This document shows, piece after piece, positions 40,901 through 49,615 of a stretch of 64,000 nucleotides of DNA. Both the position numbers and the translations under genes were made by a program. How positions within the stretch are numbered: the first letter of the stretch is position 1; each line of letters begins with the position of its first letter. The notes under the pieces are model-generated. The model did no database searches, was not told the origin of the DNA, and was given only the letters and a program-made list of their open reading frames with translations. The DNA is from an uncultured Candidatus Actinomarina sp. (lineage in GTDB: Bacteria; Actinomycetota; Acidimicrobiia; Actinomarinales; Actinomarinaceae), in assembly GCA_902634185.1 (NCBI GenBank), contig CACPJC010000003.1, forward strand, positions 32,369-96,368, in the 5' to 3' direction.

Positions 40901-43900
40901 GAAGGTGTTTGTGTCTGAGAATCAGAACATGATCCTAGTGATGTTGAAACACTAGCGCACGATATCGTAAGCTTCGATCCTATCTCTGTCCATGTTGACC
41001 CACCATCAGTTGAATACCTATGTTCACGTCCAGTACCATTTGCTATTGCAGTATTTACCGCAAATTCTTGTGTAGCGCCAGCATTTATTGACTTACCACT
41101 GTCTTCACCGGTAACACTGCCTCCAAAATATGCCCAATCCCCAACATTTCCAGTCACCGCATTGGTTGCTCTTTTTTGTACTAAAAATGTAATAGCGACA
41201 TTACTTCCGCTGTTGTCGACAGTTATTTTAATTTTACCCATTGTGCCGCCCTGGCTTGTGCCGTTATTTTTACAACCATTTGTTTCGTGAGAAACAGCCG
41301 GAGCAATAACGGGACAATCAATAGTTATTGTTGAAAGTGTTACCTCTGATTGGCTGAGTCCCTCTGATGAGTTAGCAACAGAGTATTTTATGATTACCGA
41401 GGTATCGTGACTTAGTGCTGGTACGGAAAGTGAGGAGGAGTCTGTCGCTCCAGCTCCAACGGTTGTAGCAGTTAATACTGTAAAGTTTGATCCCCCGTCA
41501 GTTGAGTAGCTGACGGTGAATGTTCCAGCAGCGGTTGAATTTGTATTTATAAGAGTAATTGGGATTGCTGCACTTCCACTCGAACAACTTGCAGCAGTTG
41601 CTGTGGCAGTAGCATTAAGTATGGGGCAATCTATCTCAATACTGCTTAGGTTGGTTGTTGAAGCAGATGAAAAGTCGGTACTTGATGAGGTCTGATAACG
41701 AATATAGACGGTAGTGTCGTTTGTAAATGATGAACCTGAGAGACTAACAGTAGAGGTTGAGTCTGCTCCAACTAAAACATGAGATCCTCCGATACCGTCT
41801 GTCCAGGTTGAGTTATCTGTAGAGTATTGAACTTTAAAATAATTACCAGAACCCTGTCCAGTATTGTCAAGGAGTACGTTTATAGGTGCTCCCCCACCTG
41901 AACATGTTCCATGCGTTGCAGAGACTGCTGGTGTTGTACAACTGACTGTGGCACTATTTAAACTAGCACCAGTGACATAATCTCCTGAGAATGATCCAGA
42001 AACCGTAGAGGTTTTATATCTCCACTGAATTGCAGTACCGTTATTGACAGTTTGCGTCACTGTATCTGATCCACCAACCGTAACCGATTTACTTGCTTCT
42101 TTTTCAACCCAGTTTGATCCACCGTCTATTGAGTACTCAATTAGGAAATACGCAGTAGCTTGTGATGAACCACTGTTTGAGATAGCTAATGTTGATGTCT
42201 TTGAAGCTCCACTACAACTAGCTGATAAACTCTGTGAACCAGAAGTTGTAATATTACATGAAACATCTGAACTTGCACTTCCAGTAGCAGTAGGAGTTCC
42301 TGTAAACGTTGCACTTGTTGTCGATTCTTCATATCTCCAGGTGATGTTTGAGCCAACCGGGACGCTATGCGTCAATGTTTCTGTGCTATCAACACCAACA
42401 GACTGATTAGCTTCCTTCACTTGCCAGGCACCGCTATCAATCTTGTACTCAACTTTTACATACGCTGTTGTTGTTGCAGAGGATGAGTTTGTAATTGCAA
42501 AACTTGATGTTGCGCTACCACTGGAACAAGTTCCAAGTGTAGCTGAAACACTTACGTCTATAACAGGACAGTCAACAGTTGCACTATTTAGATCACTACT
42601 TGTGACATAACTTCCTGAGTATGATCCTGAAGTTGTAGAGGTTTTATATCTCCATTGTATAGCTGAATTATGTGGTACAGACTGTGTAAGTGTTGCTGAG
42701 CCATTATTATTTACAGTTTGATTGGCTGCTTTCTCTGTCCAGTTAGATCCGCCATCTAAAGAGTACTCAACAAGGACATAAGCTACAGCATTTGCTGAAT
42801 CAGAGTTATTAATAGTTAATGTAGAGGTTTTTGCTCCACTAGAACAACTTCCAAGGGACTGTGATGCACTGACATCTATTATTGGACAATCAACAGTTGC
42901 ACTGTTCATATCACTACTTGTGACATAACTTCCTGAGAATGATCCTGAAGTTGTAGAAGACTTATATCTCCACTGAATAGCTGCATCGTGAGATACAGAT
43001 TGTGTCAGTGTTTCAGATGCGTTTTTTGCAACGGACTGGTTCGATGCTTTCTCTGTCCATGTTGACCCACCATCAACGGAGTATTCAACTAGGAAGTACG
43101 CTGTTGTGTTGGCGGAGTTAGAGTTTGATAAAGTTAAAGTTGAAGTTGCTGCTCCAGCTGAACAACTACCTAATGCCTGTGATGCACTTACATCTATTAC
43201 TGGACAATCAACAGTACCACTTGCAACAGTTGTGGGTGTCAGTCCTGTAAAACTAGCTGATGTATCTGAAGATGTAACTCTCCAAGTTATTGCAGAACCA
43301 TGAGATACATTTTCTGAAAATAAGGAACCCGTTCCAGTTAATATAGTGGCGCTTGCATTCTTTTCTGTATAAGTCGAACCACCATCCGTTGAGTATTCTA
43401 CTTTTACGTAAGCAGTTGAACCTGACGTATTCGTTACTGTAAGTGTTGATGTAGCAGTTCCAGAACCAGAACAACTACCTAAATCTTGAGAGCTTGAAAC
43501 TGTTACGGCTTGAGGACAATCAACAGTTGCACTATTCATATCATCAGCTGTGATATAACTTAGTCCCGTCCAGTTCCCTGATGTATCAGAGCTTTTATAT
43601 CTCCACTGGATAGCTGACCCATCAGGTACACTAACCGTCAAAGAGGTATTTGTTTGACCATCGGAAATTGATAAGTTATCTCCTTCCTGTGCATCTGTGT
43701 GAACAGTCCAGCTTGAACCTCCATCTAGTGAGTACTCAGCAGTAACATATGCTGTTGAACCAGAACTATTTTGTAGAGAAAGGGTAGAGGTATCAGAACC
43801 AGCTGAACAACCTCCTAGTGATTGTGAATCTGTCAGAGATATAGCTGTAGGACAGTCAACAGTACTACTTGTTACTTCTGTACCTGAACCAGAAAATGTA

Positions 43901-46900
43901 TTACTTGTTGAAGAAGTTAGATAGGTCCATGTAATAGTAGATCCATCAGGAACTGTTTGGGCAGCCAGTGTTGTAGAAGCACCTGCTGCAACTGATTGAT
44001 TTGTGACTACTGTATTCCAGTTTCCACTATCGATTTTGTATCGAACATAAAAATATGCTGTTGTATTTGCTGATCCAGAGTTAGATAAAGTTAAAGTTGA
44101 ATTTTGAGATCCTCCAGAACAGCTACCATCAAGTGATTGGGATACAGAGGGGTCAATATATGGGCAATCAATTGTATCGCTATTTACTATAGTGGCGTCA
44201 CCGCTAAAATAACCACTTGTAGTTGATGTCTGATAATACCATTTAGCATAAGAGCCATCCGCAATCGGTAATGTGACGGTCACGGAGCTACCTGCAGCCA
44301 CTGCTATATTGAAGTTACTATCTCCCGACGATACGGTCAAATTAGATGATGATAAACCTCCTGATCCATCAAGTTGGTACCTTATCTTTACGTAGACAGT
44401 TGAATTTGCTGATGCGGAGTTTGATAAAGTGACCGTTACTGTTGCTGAACCAGCGGAACAACTACCGACTGATTGAGCAAAAGAGAAATCTGTATATACA
44501 CAATCAACAGTTGCACTATTCATATCACTAGCTGTCACATAACTTAGTCCCGTCCAGCTCCCTGACGCGTTAGAGCTTTTGTATCTCCATTGGATAGCTG
44601 ATCCATGAGGTACGCTTACTGTTAAAGAGGTGTTCGTTTGACCATTGGTAATTGTTAAATTGTCTGCTTCCTGTGCGTCTGTGTGTACAGTCCAAGTAGA
44701 CCCGCCATCGGTTGAGTACTCAGCTGTGACATACGCTGTTGATCCAGAAGTATTTTGAAGAGAAAGTGTAGATGTAGCAGAACCAGCTGAGCAACTACCA
44801 AGTGATTGTGAATCTGTCAGAGTTACTGCAGTAACACAGTCCACCGTTAATGCCGTACCATCTGGAGAGGTATAGCTTCCAGAAGTTGGATCCGATGATG
44901 CATCAGCTCGAGCTCGCCAAGATACCTGATACCCATGTGGTTGGGCGGATAATGAACGTGTAATCGATGCACCTTGAGCTAATTCAATTCCAGTTAAATT
45001 GTCAGTCCAATCAGATATATCACTGCCGTCTAAAGTGAGTTTGTACTGAAGGTCGACAAAAATTGAACCGTTAGCAGTGTTGGTGATTGTAGCTGAAGGA
45101 ACAGCTGAACCAGCTGAGCATGAACCCATAGCATCTGTAATTGTAAATGTTGCCGTTGCGCAGTTAACTGTTGAGCTATTCATGTCACTAGCTGTGATGT
45201 AACTTAGTCCTGTCCAATCACCTGATGTATCAGAGCTCTTGTACCTCCATTGAATTGATGAGCCGTGAGAAACACTGACCGTCAGCGAGGTATTCGTCTG
45301 ACCATTAGTAATAGTTAAATTATCTGCTTCCTGTGCGTCAGTGTGAACAGTCCAACTAGAACCACCATTGGTTGAGTACTCAGCAGTAACATACGCGGTT
45401 GAACCTGAACTATTTTGTAGTGATAGTGTAGAGGTAGCAGAGCCTTCAGAACAACTACCAAGTGATTGTGAGTCAGTGAGGCTAACTGCTGTTGGATCAG
45501 GAGAACAACCGGAGGCATTAATCGTTATTGAAGAAAGAGCAGTCGTATTTGAAGTCGGTTCACGCAAATCATAAGTAGTGTTTTCTGCATACCAACTAAT
45601 TACCACTGTAGCACCATTAGATTGACCTGGAACATCTAGGGAGGTATTGCTCGATGATGACGAGACAGAAGTGCCTGATGTCAGAGATTGTGAGCTTCCA
45701 CCATTAACTGTATATGTAACAACAAAGTTAGTAGTTACGTTAGAACTTAAGTTATTTAAGGTAACATCTATTTTACGATTTGACCCATCACAACTTCCCT
45801 GAGTAGCTGTAACAGTGGGGGCGAAATCAACATTGGGTGCACCTTCGTGGCATGCAGCACCATCATTTTTATTTGCTCCAGATTGTACTGTGCCTAGACT
45901 TGAACTCCAGCTCCAACTACTTCCGTTATATTCAGCTTTTCGAACATCTCCAGTTGAATTATGCACAAAATAAGCATGTTCTCCACCAAATCCAAACGCA
46001 GCACCAACATCTGAATTGCTCCATGAATATGGTGAAGTTGGTGAGCTTAATGAGTGGTCAGTTATTTCTATTGTGAAAGAACTCCCAGATACAATTAAGT
46101 ATCCAAGCATTACTTGATCATTTACATTGTCATAAGCCACAAAATCTGCTTCGTGGTTTACACCTCCACTAGAGAATGTTGGAAAGTTTGAACCATCTCT
46201 CAACCAGGTAAAGTCTTTTGCTTTAGCTAAATTACCTGCAACAGAGTTTGTGTTTACTGTAAGAGAGGAAGTTACATCTGTATAATTTGAAGAGTTAGTG
46301 TAATCTGTACCATCTATACGAATTAAGAGTGGTGATGAGCCCTTTAAGAACCCATTACCTGAAAGTAAATAACCAGTTCCGTTGTATTCAAAATAGGATG
46401 CAGCATTATTATCAGCAGAACTAAAACTGGCTATTAACGATGGGTTGTTATCAGCAATATTATCGTTGTTAGCATCAGTTGCATCCATATAGTAAAGTGT
46501 CCTATTTTTACTCGAATCTTTCCGAATCATCCAGAGATTTCCAAGATTATCCATCATCGAGTTGTTCCACTCATTTGAATTTGATCCTGGAAGGTTTTGA
46601 TACTCGAATGTTGCTCCTGATGGTGTGGCAGGACTAGAACTCACAAGATTTCCTGAGTTACTGTCCCACCCGTATACTTCAACTTTGTCATCTGAAGAGT
46701 TGTATTTTGTTTGATAACCTAATGGATTTCCATCTGAGTTAAAACATGAGAGCTGTGAAGATGCAAAAGCAGGTTCAGGATCAACTGTCTCAATGGTCAC
46801 ATATGCAAGAGAGACAATCATTAAAAATGACATAACTAAATTGAAAGTTTTCTTATTAAAGACGAACGAAAACAGCTTTTTACACAAAAGCACAACAAAG

Positions 46901-46932
46901 TCGAAGGCGTTTAATATTTTTATATTCCCCAC
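37921..46932 (-). CDS. giant (3003-aa) cell-surface repeat protein carrying a C-terminal LAATG sorting signal fused in frame to a class E sortase domain
   Basis: Single open frame. The probable true start is the internal Met of MSFLMIVSLAYVTIETVDPEPAFA (signal peptide). It contains about 17 Ig-like ~100-aa repeats, poly-Thr and PT/DP linkers, then LAATG + hydrophobic segment + RKRK, a coiled-coil, a TM helix and a sortase domain. Confidence 0.75.
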   Translation of the reverse strand: MGNIKILNAFDFVVLLCKKLFSFVFNKKTFNLVMSFLMIVSLAYVTIETVDPEPAFASSQLSCFNSDGNPLGYQTKYNSSDDKVEVYGWDSNSGNLVSSSPATPSGATFEYQNLPGSNSNEWNNSMMDNLGNLWMIRKDSSKNRTLYYMDATDANNDNIADNNPSLIASFSSADNNAASYFEYNGTGYLLSGNGFLKGSSPLLIRIDGTDYTNSSNYTDVTSSLTVNTNSVAGNLAKAKDFTWLRDGSNFPTFSSGGVNHEADFVAYDNVNDQVMLGYLIVSGSSFTIEITDHSLSSPTSPYSWSNSDVGAAFGFGGEHAYFVHNSTGDVRKAEYNGSSWSWSSSLGTVQSGANKNDGAACHEGAPNVDFAPTVTATQGSCDGSNRKIDVTLNNLSSNVTTNFVVTYTVNGGSSQSLTSGTSVSSSSSNTSLDVPGQSNGATVVISWYAENTTYDLREPTSNTTALSSITINASGCSPDPTAVSLTDSQSLGSCSEGSATSTLSLQNSSGSTAYVTAEYSTNGGSSWTVHTDAQEADNLTITNGQTNTSLTVSVSHGSSIQWRYKSSDTSGDWTGLSYITASDMNSSTVNCATATFTITDAMGSCSAGSAVPSATITNTANGSIFVDLQYKLTLDGSDISDWTDNLTGIELAQGASITRSLSAQPHGYQVSWRARADASSDPTSGSYTSPDGTALTVDCVTAVTLTDSQSLGSCSAGSATSTLSLQNTSGSTAYVTAEYSTDGGSTWTVHTDAQEADNLTITNGQTNTSLTVSVPHGSAIQWRYKSSNASGSWTGLSYVTASDMNSATVDCVYTDFSFAQSVGSCSAGSATVTVTLSNSASANSTVYVKIRYQLDGSGGLSSSNLTVSSGDSNFNIAVAAGSSVTVTLPIADGSYAKWYYQTSTTSGYFSGDATIVNSDTIDCPYIDPSVSQSLDGSCSGGSQNSTLTLSNSGSANTTAYFYVRYKIDSGNWNTVVTNQSVAAGASTTLAAQTVPDGSTITWTYLTSSTSNTFSGSGTEVTSSTVDCPTAISLTDSQSLGGCSAGSDTSTLSLQNSSGSTAYVTAEYSLDGGSSWTVHTDAQEGDNLSISDGQTNTSLTVSVPDGSAIQWRYKSSDTSGNWTGLSYITADDMNSATVDCPQAVTVSSSQDLGSCSGSGTATSTLTVTNTSGSTAYVKVEYSTDGGSTYTEKNASATILTGTGSLFSENVSHGSAITWRVTSSDTSASFTGLTPTTVASGTVDCPVIDVSASQALGSCSAGAATSTLTLSNSNSANTTAYFLVEYSVDGGSTWTEKASNQSVAKNASETLTQSVSHDAAIQWRYKSSTTSGSFSGSYVTSSDMNSATVDCPIIDVSASQSLGSCSSGAKTSTLTINNSDSANAVAYVLVEYSLDGGSNWTEKAANQTVNNNGSATLTQSVPHNSAIQWRYKTSTTSGSYSGSYVTSSDLNSATVDCPVIDVSVSATLGTCSSGSATSSFAITNSSSATTTAYVKVEYKIDSGAWQVKEANQSVGVDSTETLTHSVPVGSNITWRYEESTTSATFTGTPTATGSASSDVSCNITTSGSQSLSASCSGASKTSTLAISNSGSSQATAYFLIEYSIDGGSNWVEKEASKSVTVGGSDTVTQTVNNGTAIQWRYKTSTVSGSFSGDYVTGASLNSATVSCTTPAVSATHGTCSGGGAPINVLLDNTGQGSGNYFKVQYSTDNSTWTDGIGGSHVLVGADSTSTVSLSGSSFTNDTTVYIRYQTSSSTDFSSASTTNLSSIEIDCPILNATATATAASCSSGSAAIPITLINTNSTAAGTFTVSYSTDGGSNFTVLTATTVGAGATDSSSLSVPALSHDTSVIIKYSVANSSEGLSQSEVTLSTITIDCPVIAPAVSHETNGCKNNGTSQGGTMGKIKITVDNSGSNVAITFLVQKRATNAVTGNVGDWAYFGGSVTGEDSGKSINAGATQEFAVNTAIANGTGREHRYSTDGGSTWTEIGSKLTISCASVSTSLGSCSDSQTQTPSITLSSGSDSTVSVFYRVEYSTDGGSNWTQLKDDEEVPATSSETYSAPALANGESIQWRYSSRKSGGAHDSSTWVTEDTDIPGVDPTLSYTASCVVTTTTTTTTTTTTTTTTTTTTTTTTTTTTTLPEITTTTVEIPRVDFRIANFMECNDDGTARIGLIVDNSRSTVGITIRMRIRINKAKVVDQTFSIAAGETRDLTTLLSVPNGSTYKLRFIIKDELSGRKTKGGTKKVLDCIDDPSPTTTTTLPGPPTINPSVSNTRNACSGGAKLTHFHMANSDSSNANAYFLAQYSLDGGESWSTLVSNQSVAPGSSEMASVNVPSGQNVRWRYKTSTTPNSFSGGWKRWGPDFTVDCPTTTTTLPGPPIINPSVSNTREECSGGAKLIHFNMANSDSSNANAYFLAEYSLDGGKNWSTLVSNRSVPPGSSERGSVNVPSGQNVRWRYKTSTTSNSFSGGWKRWGPSFTVDCPTTTTTDPTITTTTDPTITTTTDPTDPDPGPIDPRDPDPINPTDPAPEEFCNPTNLQELLECIVDPTDPDPTDPLVDDFCEDMILEEDDICEAPLTDETGNDFLEWDDDDDIYFTDGSYNVTYIYREDSIALAATGINLDYIVISGSVFLVGGVILFTSYRKRKLMESEISLEDIYKHAFKLKTKIEKLIQEKVEISIDINKFAPYAKSFTTYQSEIQALDSELQYTLVAIENIKSICEEENTELTKEILEERLGLISNNFQIIYSGNELDAKIAEKKVFSRKKDTKKINRKFFDRKKLKRPALGFAVLSIITGMGFGIYATQQMFLSNVQQDNAQAYLEQIYLGEEIKDVDPPTIFSNPLRLFQSDIPVFETLQDFTIIDQSAKIDEFQPEIFGLLEIPGINVNQYVVSGTDELNLQFGPGHYLGTKLPGSGGNVGIAGHRTTYGAPFSRLDLVEIGDEIYLTYGSNKYHYIVDDIEVVDANTGDYVLFNRGDDRLTLTTCHPRYSARQRLVVSGILTRIESGN
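37924..38593 (-). other. class E sortase catalytic domain (C-terminal 223 aa of the giant ORF)
   Basis: TM anchor ALGFAVLSIITGMGFGIYA. GHYLGTKLPG..GNVGIAGHRTTYGAPFSRLD (catalytic His). LTLTTCHP (catalytic Cys, codon 37993-37995). QRLVVSG (Arg). Order and spacing match SrtE. Confidence 0.8.
39007..39105 (-). other. cell-wall sorting signal: LAATG + 24-aa hydrophobic segment + RKRK
   Basis: Translation IALAATGINLDYIVISGSVFLVGGVILFTSYRKRKL. LAxTG is the class E sortase recognition motif. LAATG maps to 39091-39105. Confidence 0.7.
40525..40620 (-). repeat. (ACN)n tract encoding about 30 consecutive Thr
   Basis: Plus strand reads gtagtagttgtagttgtagtagttgtagtagttgtagttgtagttgtagtagtggttgt. Protein reads VVT(30)LPEITTTT. 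Confidence 0.85.
40700..45600 (-). repeat. tandem ~300-nt (~100-aa) near-identical coding repeats (Ig/FN3-like modules) in the giant gene
   Basis: Protein units SLGSCSAGSATSTL.L.NSSGSTAYV.AEYS.DGGS.WT...WRYKSS..SG...ATVDCP recur. Long stretches are nearly identical at the DNA level, e.g. 43540-43830, 44520-44820 and 45190-45480. Confidence 0.8.
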
Positions 46933-46986
46933 TTCTACAACAAATTTAATTTTACCTTAGAAAAGTTTCTAATCAAACAAATTTTT

Positions 46987-48315
46987 TCAGGAAAACCTTG
47001 CTTTTATAGATTCAATGATTTGATCTTTTTGAGGCTCTAGAGTCTCAAAATCCTCATCCTGATCAATCTCAGAACCAGGAAAATCTTTAATAAGTGGAGA
47101 TATCACATTGCTGAACTTTTCAGGTGATGCAGTAGCTACAGCGACTGTTGGAACACTTGAGTTTATATCTATAGCCATTCTTAAAGAGGTGACTGTATGA
47201 GGATCAAAAACAATATTAAAAAGATCATTGAATGTTTTTATTTCCTCTTTTATCTTTTCATCATCAAAGGTCTGTGAGCTAAATATATGTTGTAATTTAT
47301 CTCTGCTACCTTCACTTAACATTCCTTTTTTATTTTCATTAAGATCTTGATAGAAAGATGATGCATCTGATTCAAAGTCATATATTAATCTCTCTAAACT
47401 AGATGGGATCTGAATATCCATACTTGGGGCAACACTGGGTTTTGTTGTTTGTGGTTCTAGGATTCCAGAATCAATAAAACGCTTCAAGACATCATTAACA
47501 TTTGTTGTACACATGATCTGATTTATTTTCAGTCCATGTGATCTACCAAACCATGCTGAGTAAGCATTACCAAAATTTCCAGACGGTATTGCAACATTTA
47601 TTGGTGAAGTAAACTGTTTGGTCAACCAGACATAATAAGTGACCTGTCCCATAACTCGAAGCCAGTTGATTGAGTTCAAAGAGATAATTCTTCTCTCAAA
47701 TGGATTGTCAGATAATATCTCTTTTGCAATTCTTTGACAGTCATCATATGACCCTTCAACTGCAATATTGAAAACATTATCTTTGATAACACTTGTCATT
47801 TGTTTTCTTTGATATTCACTAATTTTGTTTGCGGGATGAAGAACGACAATATCAATATTGTCTGAATCTTTTACAGCTTGGATAGCAGCACTCCCTGTAT
47901 CACCGCTGGTTGCTACAAGAACGAGCCCTCTCTCTCCTAATTCACTCAGTCTTTTACCAGCAATTGCTCCTAGAGGTTGTAGAGCATAATCTTTAAATGA
48001 TTTTGTAGGTCCATGAAAAAGCTCCATGACGACGGTTGTATCATTTAAATCTTTAAGTACTGGTTCTGGAGAGTTTTCAAATCCAGAATATAGTGATAAG
48101 CCATCAACATATTTAGCTGAGTTTTTATCTAGTGCAATAAAGATTGTTTTTACAAAATCCTCATAACTTAAGTCCTCTTCAGTTAAATGATTAAGGTTAT
48201 CAATTGTTAATGAATCAGGTAAATAAAGGCCTTTATCAGGTGCTAGCCCTGAAAGAATGACATCTTCAAAAGAGATGGTCTCTTTATGTCCCCTGGTTGA
48301 TTGATACTGTACCAC
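46987..48315 (-). CDS. thrC: threonine synthase
   Basis: PLP-lysine context PTKSFKDYALQ. 442 aa. Follows hom. Confidence 0.85.
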   Translation of the reverse strand: MVQYQSTRGHKETISFEDVILSGLAPDKGLYLPDSLTIDNLNHLTEEDLSYEDFVKTIFIALDKNSAKYVDGLSLYSGFENSPEPVLKDLNDTTVVMELFHGPTKSFKDYALQPLGAIAGKRLSELGERGLVLVATSGDTGSAAIQAVKDSDNIDIVVLHPANKISEYQRKQMTSVIKDNVFNIAVEGSYDDCQRIAKEILSDNPFERRIISLNSINWLRVMGQVTYYVWLTKQFTSPINVAIPSGNFGNAYSAWFGRSHGLKINQIMCTTNVNDVLKRFIDSGILEPQTTKPSVAPSMDIQIPSSLERLIYDFESDASSFYQDLNENKKGMLSEGSRDKLQHIFSSQTFDDEKIKEEIKTFNDLFNIVFDPHTVTSLRMAIDINSSVPTVAVATASPEKFSNVISPLIKDFPGSEIDQDEDFETLEPQKDQIIESIKARFS

Positions 48316-49572
48316 TTAGACGTAGACGCGAAGTGTTGAGGTCACTGTTGTGACGGAATCTAGTGCTGATATTTGATCAATAGAATTCTTGATATCTTTC
48401 TCTGGTGCCTCGTGGGTAACTAAAACAAGTTCTGCTTTATCTCCCCTGCCTTCTTGGATAACACTCTCAATACTTACGTTATTTTCACCAAAAGTTCCAG
48501 AGATTTTTGCCAAAACACCAGGTTCATCATTGACGGAAAGCCTTATAAACATGCTTGATACCACATCCTCAAAACTTTTCATTTCGCCTTTAAATTCTCT
48601 TAGTGGATACCAGTTTGTTTGATCACTGCTTAGTTGATGGCAAGCACTTAACACGTCTCCAATAATTGCACTTGCTGTTGGTTCAGCACCTGCGCCTGGT
48701 CCTGAAAACACCAACTGATTTATATTATCTCCTTCAACGACAACAGCATTTAAAGCTCCTCTTATTGCAGCAAGAGGATGTTTCGTATCAATTAAGACAG
48801 GATGAACCCTTGCATTAAAGCCATTCTTATTTTCAATCTGTGCAACTAATTTAATTGTCTTTCCGAGCCTTGCTGCCCATTCAAAATCTTCTTTTGTAAT
48901 GCCAGAAATTCCATCGGTAAAGAGTTCGTCTGCACTTGGTGATACTCCAAAACAAAGAAGCGATAAAATTACTGCTTTGTATTTTGCATCTATTCCTTCA
49001 ACATCATTTGTTGGATCAGGTTCTGCATATCCTAGTTCCTGTGCAGTCGATAGTGCATCTTCGTAGGAACTTCCCTCTTCCATAGCAGTCAGCATATAGT
49101 TGGTTGTTCCGTTTATGATCCCGAGTACCTTTGACAACTCTTCGCCTCTAAGACTTTCTATGAGTGGTTTAAGTACAGGTATACCTGCAGCGACTGCTGC
49201 CTCAAAATATAAACAAGCATTATTTTCTTTTGCAGTATTAATTAGATCAGATCCAGAATCGGCAATGATATCTTTATTTGCTGTTATTACTGCTTTACCA
49301 TTTTGCAAGATTGCCTTTATGTACTCTTTACCGGGATCAATACCTCCAAGAACTTCTATAACAAGATCAATTGAATCATCATTTAAAATGTCATCAAAAT
49401 TGTCAGTGAGAATATCGTCTGGTATTTCTCTTTTTTTACTTTTATCTTTTACTAAAACTCTTTTTACATTTAATCCAACTATTCCTTTATCTAAGTTCAT
49501 GAGGCGTGAGATAACAGCTGAACCAATATTGCCAGCACCCATAACAGCTACATTAAATGTTTTATTTTCCAT
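48316..49572 (-). CDS. hom: homoserine dehydrogenase
   Basis: VAVMGAGNIGSAV NAD(P) motif. C-terminal ACT domain. Confidence 0.9.
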   Translation of the reverse strand: MENKTFNVAVMGAGNIGSAVISRLMNLDKGIVGLNVKRVLVKDKSKKREIPDDILTDNFDDILNDDSIDLVIEVLGGIDPGKEYIKAILQNGKAVITANKDIIADSGSDLINTAKENNACLYFEAAVAAGIPVLKPLIESLRGEELSKVLGIINGTTNYMLTAMEEGSSYEDALSTAQELGYAEPDPTNDVEGIDAKYKAVILSLLCFGVSPSADELFTDGISGITKEDFEWAARLGKTIKLVAQIENKNGFNARVHPVLIDTKHPLAAIRGALNAVVVEGDNINQLVFSGPGAGAEPTASAIIGDVLSACHQLSSDQTNWYPLREFKGEMKSFEDVVSSMFIRLSVNDEPGVLAKISGTFGENNVSIESVIQEGRGDKAELVLVTHEAPEKDIKNSIDQISALDSVTTVTSTLRVYV

Positions 49573-49615
49573 ATTTAGTAAGGATAAATGTTATTCAGAT
49601 TGAAACAACAGTTTT

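Noticed and set aside
40500-45600. Regularly spaced repeats could superficially suggest a CRISPR array
   Set aside because: Units are about 300 nt with no short spacer-repeat structure. They are in-frame protein modules inside a CDS.
49573-49615. Possible terminator after the metzincin gene (AAAC...GTTT + T-run)
   Set aside because: The stem is only 4 bp and imperfect. It is not convincing as a rho-independent terminator.
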